In this document: positions 15,610 to 21,487 of the stretch, one piece after another | Layout of the letters: every line of letters begins with the position of its first letter | Position numbering within the stretch: the first letter of the stretch is position 1 | Origin: a virus | Taxonomy: Duplodnaviria > Heunggongvirae > Uroviricota > Caudoviricetes | Strand: one strand, 5' to 3' | DNA length: 21,487 bases | Virus record (IMG/VR): IMGVR_UViG_2703718857_000003 | Span: 1-21,487 of that record | Notes under the pieces: model-generated | Told to the model about the DNA's origin: nothing | The model's input: the letters and a program-made list of their open reading frames with translations, nothing else | Database searches by the model: none | Program-made: the position numbers and the translations under genes

Positions 15610-17880
15610 TCACCCTTCATGCTTCACCCACTCGTCCGCTATCGGGTATACAAATCTTTTTTCGCCATAAACCACTATTCCGCCACGAGCCAGCGCCTGA
15701 AGTTCCCACCGCTGCGGCGTGATACCCTGCTGCGCCAGTTCGAAGCGGATGCGCGGAATCTGAGCCCTCTCGGCTTTTGTCATTCGCCCTGATGGTGCTA
15801 TCTGATGCGATTTTAATGGCTCATCGCTTCTTTGCTGTCGATTTTGCTGCGGCGCGCCGTGTTTTAATGCACTCCTGAGCACCGTCACAACTTCGGGGTC
15901 ATCCCATGCAATAACCCCATCATCGACAAGATTTAGCACCGCTGCGGCATGCTCAGACGGCGTAGGTGTCATAACTGGATCGCCACCGTCGGCAAGCTTT
16001 CCACAGTTATTGACAGGACTCCGAGGCGCGGCGATGCCGCTTTTTAAAGTCAAAGGCTCAACGACCGGAACTTTCGGCACAATGCGCCAGTCCGTCGTTC
16101 TGGTGATATGAATATGACGCGCGCCGAGATGCGGCGCGTAAATGCCGACCACTCTCTCGACTTCTTCCTCGTACTCGTTAACGTCATCCGACGGGCTACG
16201 GGCGACCCTGACAGTCTGACAATCGCGCGGGACATTTGCCCCGCCCTGCGCGCTGATATACAACGCAAAATCACCACTGTCTGCAGCGGCGCGTGCAGCC
16301 TCGACGCGCTCGTCAAACTCATCAGCAATGCTGACGCCGCGAGGCAATTTGCGTAGTTCACGGTAAGCCCCCATTGTCGGCAGACCAACCGTTTTAAATT
16401 GCGGAATGCGCCACGTTGACGCCCATGCGGTAACAGCCGCAGCAGTATCTTTCAGCGGCCTGCCGGTATCGTTATCGAGCTGACCATCCAGTGCATAGCC
16501 ATCGATGTTTTTTGAGATGTATTTCGCGATATACCCCGCAGCACCGCCCCGGTTAAGATGTTTTGCCTGAAAACGGTTTCGCGCGGCTCCTCTTTCGTCT
16601 CCATCCTCTTTGAGCGCGTAGCGACGCATGATTTCAATAATCTGGTTACGCTGGCGTGGATTACAAAAAAGCATCATATGCCAGTGCGGCGTTCCGTCGT
16701 GGTGTGGCTCGACGACACGCAAACCGTAGACCTGTAAATCATTATCCTTGAATGCCGTGCGCATCAGGCTCCAGATATGGCAGAGATAACGCTGCGCATC
16801 CTTTGGATTAAATGCCTCATCGTTCCAGCCGTGATTTAGCTGGACGGTTTTACTTTCGCCTTTTCTGACCTGACGTGTCGGGTGATACTTTGACGGCGCG
16901 GTCAGCGTGATAAACATCCCCACATCACCCTCTGCGGCGGCGTAACGCTCAATACCGGCGATGGTGTTCATCAGCTCCATCCGGCGAATTTCTGGATTAG
17001 AAATACTGCCCATCACCTTACTGATAAGGTCGATGCGCTCGCCGGTTTCCTTGTTTTCAAGGTCACACGATTTAAGAAATTCCAGATTTGCCTGGCGGCG
17101 CGCACGCACATCACGAATGGCATGTTTACTGGCATAAGGAGAACGGTCTTTATTGACCTCCCCGACAGCAATCAGTAACGCCTCATGCCAGCGCATACGC
17201 TGGCCTTTAAGCTGATGAGTCCACCACTCATCGTTAAACAGGCGGGCAATGGCAGAATATGCCTGCCTCGTGGTCATCTGCCCTTTACGGTATTTTTTCC
17301 AGTAAAGCGGGGAAATATTGAAAGCACGTGCAGCGCCAGCAACATGACCATAGAGGTGAGCCTGCGCCTCATCCGTAAACAGCGATTCTTTTTCGCCATG
17401 TGCATCAACCCAGGCATCGCAGAGTTCCTCATACATCATGAAAAGCTGCGATGAGATACGGGCAGCAAACTTTTTCAGCTCCTTGTCATTCATCCCCGGC
17501 AGGCGCGCATACTGGTCGCGCTCTGCCAGAAACAGCAACGACGCGTCGGTGTTCATTTCATGGCGCTGATTCACACGCTCAATGCGCGGCCATAAACGAC
17601 GCTGAAAAGTGGATGTGAGGAAATAAAACCCGTGCACCGGGCTTTTATTGCGCCGGATGTAGTCATAGCGTGAAGTAAACAGCGAGCGCAAAAAGTAAGG
17701 CAGGCGGTTAATCGTGGATAAAACACCTTGCACCTGACGCATCTCGTCACGTGTAAGGGGTCTTTCGCGCCCGACGGCCTCGCGTGGCGCGTTCCATGCA
17801 TAAGCACCGATAAACGCCTTACCGGTGCCTGCGGCAAATGCTGACGGAGGGACAAAACGCCCGGAGGCTTTAACGGCCAT
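15610..17880 (-). CDS. A: Replication initiation protein A (rolling-circle initiator, P2 gpA-like)
   Basis: 756 aa from the ATG at 17880 (MAVKASGRFVPPSAFAAGTGK...), close to the ~761 aa of P2 gpA; synteny B-small ORFs-A. The maximal ORF extends to 17922. Confidence 0.8.
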   Translation of the reverse strand: MAVKASGRFVPPSAFAAGTGKAFIGAYAWNAPREAVGRERPLTRDEMRQVQGVLSTINRLPYFLRSLFTSRYDYIRRNKSPVHGFYFLTSTFQRRLWPRIERVNQRHEMNTDASLLFLAERDQYARLPGMNDKELKKFAARISSQLFMMYEELCDAWVDAHGEKESLFTDEAQAHLYGHVAGAARAFNISPLYWKKYRKGQMTTRQAYSAIARLFNDEWWTHQLKGQRMRWHEALLIAVGEVNKDRSPYASKHAIRDVRARRQANLEFLKSCDLENKETGERIDLISKVMGSISNPEIRRMELMNTIAGIERYAAAEGDVGMFITLTAPSKYHPTRQVRKGESKTVQLNHGWNDEAFNPKDAQRYLCHIWSLMRTAFKDNDLQVYGLRVVEPHHDGTPHWHMMLFCNPRQRNQIIEIMRRYALKEDGDERGAARNRFQAKHLNRGGAAGYIAKYISKNIDGYALDGQLDNDTGRPLKDTAAAVTAWASTWRIPQFKTVGLPTMGAYRELRKLPRGVSIADEFDERVEAARAAADSGDFALYISAQGGANVPRDCQTVRVARSPSDDVNEYEEEVERVVGIYAPHLGARHIHITRTTDWRIVPKVPVVEPLTLKSGIAAPRSPVNNCGKLADGGDPVMTPTPSEHAAAVLNLVDDGVIAWDDPEVVTVLRSALKHGAPQQNRQQRSDEPLKSHQIAPSGRMTKAERAQIPRIRFELAQQGITPQRWELQALARGGIVVYGEKRFVYPIADEWVKHEG

Positions 17881-18145
17881 ATGAGCCAAAAGCCTCTGAA
17901 CAACGCTTGCTGAGTTGCTCAACCTGCGCGTTTAAATCAGCAAAAGACTTTGCGCTTCCGGTCAGAATATCGTGATGCATCAGGCCGGAAACGAGCTGGC
18001 TTAATTTCGGGTAATAACCAACCACCGCCAGCCATTCCTGACCGGCGTTTTTACCGCTTTCAGCTCTCTTTTTCTCGTGGAGAATAAACTGAAAGCTGTC
18101 ACTGGTAACGACATAACGTTCGCCAATTTCAATACGAATACTCAT
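17870..18145 (-). CDS. Small early-region protein (P2 orf83-position)
   Basis: 91-aa ORF tightly packed between A and the zinc-finger ORF, start overlapping the upstream stop. Confidence 0.5.
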   Translation of the reverse strand: MSIRIEIGERYVVTSDSFQFILHEKKRAESGKNAGQEWLAVVGYYPKLSQLVSGLMHHDILTGSAKSFADLNAQVEQLSKRCSEAFGSYGR

Positions 18146-18366
18146 GCCGTTCTCCGGTAATGTTTGTTTTTTGCTTCAAAGACTGACTGGCAGGAAACAC
18201 AACGCGTGGCTGACGGATAAGCCGCACGACGGGCAGCAGGTATTGGCGCGTCACACTCTTCGCAAACCAGCGCAGAAACACCGCAATGCTTTACCCTTGC
18301 CGCGTTAATCTGGCGCTCCAGTAATTCAGCCTGTTGTTCCTGAATAAAATCCACGTTGTCCGGCAT
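18142..18366 (-). CDS. TraR/DksA-like C4 zinc-finger protein (P2 orf82-position)
   Basis: 74 aa with CGVSALVCEECDAPIP...RCVSC, two Cys pairs of a C4 zinc finger; start overlaps the upstream stop. Confidence 0.55.
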   Translation of the reverse strand: MPDNVDFIQEQQAELLERQINAARVKHCGVSALVCEECDAPIPAARRAAYPSATRCVSCQSVFEAKNKHYRRTA

Positions 18367-18671
18367 TACCAGCTCCTTTTGTCGTTCAGTTTCTTAAATT
18401 CATCAGCGCAATAGCTGGCAATTTCAGCCGTTACTTTTGTCAGTTCATCTACGGAGGAAATTTGCTTGTGAAATACAGCGCGTTTCACAAGTAAATTGAC
18501 CACATCAGACAGGAGGTTTAATTCGTTCTGATAAATCGCGATAACAGATTCAGTTATTTCGTGTTTTTCTTTATCAAGCCTAAGTTGAATAAGAGACAAA
18601 TCGCCATTTTTCATAACGGAGATTTTTAAGGCATTGTTCAGTAATACAATTGAACGAGAACAGGACATCAA
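18366..18671 (-). CDS. Small early-region protein (P2 orf81-position)
   Basis: 101-aa ORF in an overlapping-stop/start chain with its neighbours. Confidence 0.45.
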   Translation of the reverse strand: MMSCSRSIVLLNNALKISVMKNGDLSLIQLRLDKEKHEITESVIAIYQNELNLLSDVVNLLVKRAVFHKQISSVDELTKVTAEIASYCADEFKKLNDKRSW

Positions 18672-18892
18672 AGCACCTCCCCGCGAGACAATCCGATATT
18701 GTGAAATTTTTCCGACTCCTGACTGAGCAGCTCGACTATCTCCACGCGGGATAACTCCGCCTTTGTGATGTGGCGAATCATGGCGTCAAGATGAGAAGAA
18801 AAGCGCGTCGCTGCATCGGCCTGTGCTTCGGTTCTGGCCTGTTGCAGCAGTAATGCGTATTTACCGCACTGATTTTCAGAAACTATATGCAT
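18668..18892 (-). CDS. Small early-region protein (P2 orf80-position)
   Basis: 74-aa ORF, same operon chain downstream of B. Confidence 0.45.
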   Translation of the reverse strand: MHIVSENQCGKYALLLQQARTEAQADAATRFSSHLDAMIRHITKAELSRVEIVELLSQESEKFHNIGLSRGEVL

Positions 18893-18955
18893 GACTTTCT
18901 CCAGGCAAAAAGAAGCCCCGCACGATTAAGTGCGTTAAAAACTCTGGTTAATTAT

Positions 18956-19456
18956 TTAATGCAGATATTGCTCTGGTTTAACCGACGTCAGAATTGTCGG
19001 TGCATACTCAAACAGGCTGAATAATTCACGTAATGCACGGAATAAAGCATCACGCCAGTAACATGACTCTTCATTAATTCGCCAGTATGGCTGGTTGAAT
19101 TCTTTTTCAGTCAATCCGGCATGCATAAATAAAGTACGACGCTGACTGACTGTTAAAAAACTAATATATGCATACTCACTTGCGCCAACCTGACGGCGTT
19201 TTGAGAATGCACCACGCAATTCATCAATTGCACATACCAGTCGTTCACGTTCGACGTCGTTCATTTCTTCAAAACACATCGTTGCGTGACGCTGTTTTAA
19301 CTGAGCATGGAAGCAAACCGTTAGCCGTTCGCGTTCCATCATCTGATTATAATAATCGCATGTCTCCTGCCAGCGAGGGACGGCCAGATGCTTACCAATT
19401 ATCCGGCGCATAGTTGCTGGCTGTTTTTCAACGAGATTGAGCGTCATCACTGTCAT
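18956..19456 (-). CDS. B: Replication protein B (helicase-loader-like, P2 gpB-like)
   Basis: 166 aa from the internal Met (MTVMTLNLVEK...), the length of P2 gpB; sits between cox and A. Confidence 0.7.
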   Translation of the reverse strand: MTVMTLNLVEKQPATMRRIIGKHLAVPRWQETCDYYNQMMERERLTVCFHAQLKQRHATMCFEEMNDVERERLVCAIDELRGAFSKRRQVGASEYAYISFLTVSQRRTLFMHAGLTEKEFNQPYWRINEESCYWRDALFRALRELFSLFEYAPTILTSVKPEQYLH

Positions 19457-19623
19457 TTCCATACCCTCCGGCTTTTCAGAAAGGTCAGAGCCTTTTTTAA
19501 CGGACTCTGTTTTTTGGTGCGGATAATGATTCCCTTACGCCCCTTACCGTGGGTGATGGTGAAGTCAATCGCCCTGGGGCTTTCGTTACGCAATAACTGA
19601 GCAATACAACGAGGCTCGTTCAT
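19453..19623 (-). CDS. Small early ORF between cox and B (start uncertain)
   Basis: The maximal ORF 19453..19713 overlaps the cox-like ORF by 80 nt. The internal ATG at 19623 has a GGTGGAAAGG Shine-Dalgarno and lies 10 nt after the cox stop, so I prefer it. Confidence 0.35.
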   Translation of the reverse strand: MNEPRCIAQLLRNESPRAIDFTITHGKGRKGIIIRTKKQSPLKKALTFLKSRRVWK

Positions 19624-19633
19624 CCTTTCCACC

Positions 19634-19990
19634 TTAAGCCGCACGGCCATGTCTTGATTTGCTGTAACTAATGCGATTTTTCCAGTCATGCCATTCTGTC
19701 GGAGCTTCATCAACTAGCTGGGCTGCGTACTTGTCCCACTCACGGCGATTAATCCATAATTCAGCTTTCCCTCTTGGTTTTAATGGGTCTGTCATGTAGA
19801 AGGCTGGCAGCTTTCCTGCTTTAGCCATTTCAGCCACCGCGCGTGGTGTCTTACCGATGTAAAGAGCAAAACCTTCTTTCGACAGCAAATCAGATGGGCG
19901 CTCTGAAATCTGAATGCTTTTACGTTTGGCTTCATTTTCGAAACTTGCCTCATCGCTAGTTGGACAAGAAATTTCTACATTTGTCGTCAC
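19634..19990 (-). CDS. cox: Cox/Apl-like excisionase and early-operon regulator (HTH)
   Basis: Helix-turn-helix-like segment FALYIGKTPRAVAEMAKAGKLPAFYMTDP resembles the P2 Cox / 186 Apl family; first gene of the early operon, divergent from C. A GTG at 19990 has a GGAGGA Shine-Dalgarno; the ATG at 20005 has none. Confidence 0.6.
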   Translation of the reverse strand: MTTNVEISCPTSDEASFENEAKRKSIQISERPSDLLSKEGFALYIGKTPRAVAEMAKAGKLPAFYMTDPLKPRGKAELWINRREWDKYAAQLVDEAPTEWHDWKNRISYSKSRHGRAA

Positions 19991-20005
19991 TTTGCTATCC
20001 TCCAT

Positions 20006-20098
20006 AAGATTTGCGATTCACCAACTGGAGCCATCTAGAGCCTTTTTGAGCGAATCACAAATTGCCAAGTAACAATATAATTGGAGATTAGCAAAATT
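20006..20098. promoter_or_regulatory. Immunity switch region between divergent cox and C, with imperfect direct repeats (candidate repressor operators)
   Basis: GCGATTCACCA (20013-20023) and GCGAATCACAA (20050-20060) form a direct repeat 37 bp apart; TATAAT at 20076-20081. P2-type C repressors bind direct repeats, but the assignment here is by position only. Confidence 0.35.
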
Positions 20099-20398
20099 AT
20101 GTCAAGTGAACAAAGTGAGAAACTAAAGCTCATCCGTGAATCCGAACGCCTTAAAACTAAGGAACTTGCTGAATTAATTGGAATTAATTACTACACATAT
20201 CATGGATATGAATCAGGAAAATCAAAAATGCCTATGGAAGCAGGTATGAAGCTGTTTAAGCATCCACGCTTTCGCAAGTATCGTGACTGGTTCATGTTTG
20301 ATGAAACAGATCCAGCAGCTGGACAAATAGCCCCGGCTCTCGCACACATTGGGCAAGACTCAACAACCTTGCACCACTCAGACCAGAAGACTGGCTGA
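20099..20398 (+). CDS. C: Immunity repressor C (P2 C-like)
   Basis: 99 aa from the ATG at 20099; C-terminal GQIAPALAHIGQ...QKTG matches my recollection of the P2 C repressor C-terminus, with a divergent N-terminal half (different immunity specificity). GGAG Shine-Dalgarno upstream. Confidence 0.75.
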   Translation: MSSEQSEKLKLIRESERLKTKELAELIGINYYTYHGYESGKSKMPMEAGMKLFKHPRFRKYRDWFMFDETDPAAGQIAPALAHIGQDSTTLHHSDQKTG

Positions 20399-20491
20399 CG
20401 ATTTATTCAGCATATGTGTGTAGTAAATGTACGAAAGAAAATTGCATTAATTTTCAAGTAGTAGAAGTAAACAGCGTCATCGGAGGGCTTT

Positions 20492-21487
20492 ATGTCTATT
20501 AAAAAGCTCGATGATGGTCGTTATGAAGTGGACGTCAGACCGCAGGGTGCAGATGGAAAACGTATCAGGCGGAAATTTAAAACTAAAGGTGAAGCTCAAG
20601 CATTCGAACGTCATGTACTGGTTAACTACCACAACAAAGAGTGGTTGGAGAAACCAGCCGACCGCCGAACTCTTACAGAGTTGTTAGGCAGATGGTGGAT
20701 ATATCACGGAAAATCACATGAGCGTGGAGATATTGAACGGGGGCGTTTAACGACAATAATCGCCAAATTTGCAGAAATGGGAGTGTCCAGAGCTGACCAG
20801 CTAACAAAGAAAACGATAACTGATTATCGCGTTGTAATGATGAACGATGGTCTGAAACCAGCCAGCGTAAATCGACATCTGGCAATAATGAGCGGGATGT
20901 TCACCAAGTTAATTGACGCCGGTGAATACCACTCTCACAACCCGTTCCGTGAGATTAAACGGTTACGTGAAGCTGTTACGGAAATGGCTTTTTTGTCCAG
21001 TGAAGAGATTACGCGGCTGTTATCCATGCTTGATGGTGATGAATTAAATGCAACTCTGGTCTGCCTTTCTACTGGTGGACGCTGGAGTGAAGTATCTAAT
21101 TTAAAAGCTGAACACATCATTAACCAGATGGTTACGTTTATGAAAACTAAAAACGGAAAACGCAGGACAATTCCCGTTTCGCAGGACCTGATTAAACGGA
21201 TCAAGACCAAAAATTCAGGCAGGCTTTTTAATGCCAGTTACTACAAAGTGCGTAACGCTCTCAGGGAAGTAAAACCCGATTTACCTGACGGACAAGCAGT
21301 ACATGTTTTGAGGCATACATTTGCCACACATTTTATAATGAATGGAGGTAACATAATCACATTGCAGCGCATCCTGGGTCATTCTAACATTCAGCAAACT
21401 ATGACCTACGCACACTTTGCACCGGATTTCTTACAAGATGCTGTGACTCTTAACCCGGTGTCAGGAATGTCCATAATGCGTCCATAA
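20492..21487 (+). CDS. int: Tyrosine integrase (P2 Int-like)
   Basis: 331-aa ORF ending ...HVLRHTFATHF...LGHSNIQQTMTYAHF, containing the R...HxxR...Y catalytic signature of tyrosine recombinases; GGAGGG Shine-Dalgarno; sits next to C as in P2. Confidence 0.85.
   Translation: MSIKKLDDGRYEVDVRPQGADGKRIRRKFKTKGEAQAFERHVLVNYHNKEWLEKPADRRTLTELLGRWWIYHGKSHERGDIERGRLTTIIAKFAEMGVSRADQLTKKTITDYRVVMMNDGLKPASVNRHLAIMSGMFTKLIDAGEYHSHNPFREIKRLREAVTEMAFLSSEEITRLLSMLDGDELNATLVCLSTGGRWSEVSNLKAEHIINQMVTFMKTKNGKRRTIPVSQDLIKRIKTKNSGRLFNASYYKVRNALREVKPDLPDGQAVHVLRHTFATHFIMNGGNIITLQRILGHSNIQQTMTYAHFAPDFLQDAVTLNPVSGMSIMRP

Noticed and set aside
16050-17903. ORFs nested in or antisense to gene A (16050..16388, 16108..16356, 16452..16637, 17185..17454, 17571..17903)
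   Set aside because: Contained within the long, well-supported A ORF; no evidence of independent expression.
1-21487. CRISPR arrays, tRNA/rRNA genes, IS or transposase genes
   Set aside because: No regularly spaced direct repeats, no cloverleaf-like or rRNA-like conserved sequence, and no transposase-like ORF were noticed. The rearrangements show no flanking terminal inverted repeats. A computational scan would still be worthwhile.

Overview
This window is a defective P2-like (Peduovirus-type) prophage of an enterobacterium, read here in reverse orientation relative to the usual P2 map, carrying an AT-rich cargo island that straddles the cos site. All calls rest on reading the translated ORFs and the DNA by eye; no database search was run. 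Backbone genes recognisable by sequence and size are ogr, D, U, the 3' part of T, lysC/lysB/lysA, K, Y, X, L, M, N, O, P (broken), Q, then A, four small early ORFs, B, cox-like, repressor C and int. Three structural lesions are visible: the block R through the 5' half of T (all baseplate, fibre, sheath and tube genes) is missing; the large terminase gene P has lost its ATPase region and is frameshifted; and the endolysin gene K is inverted relative to its operon. The cargo between Q and A (~10.7-15.6 kb) contains two modules. The first is a retron-like unit: a candidate msr/msd ncRNA, a retron-type reverse transcriptase, and a translationally coupled OLD-family ATPase-Toprim protein, in the classical old/tin position between A and cos. 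The second is a two-gene operon I cannot place in any family: a 361-366 aa soluble protein followed by a 229 aa protein with two N-terminal transmembrane helices, inserted between cos and the portal gene. That second cassette is the best candidate for an undescribed system. No rRNA, tRNA, CRISPR array or transposase was seen.
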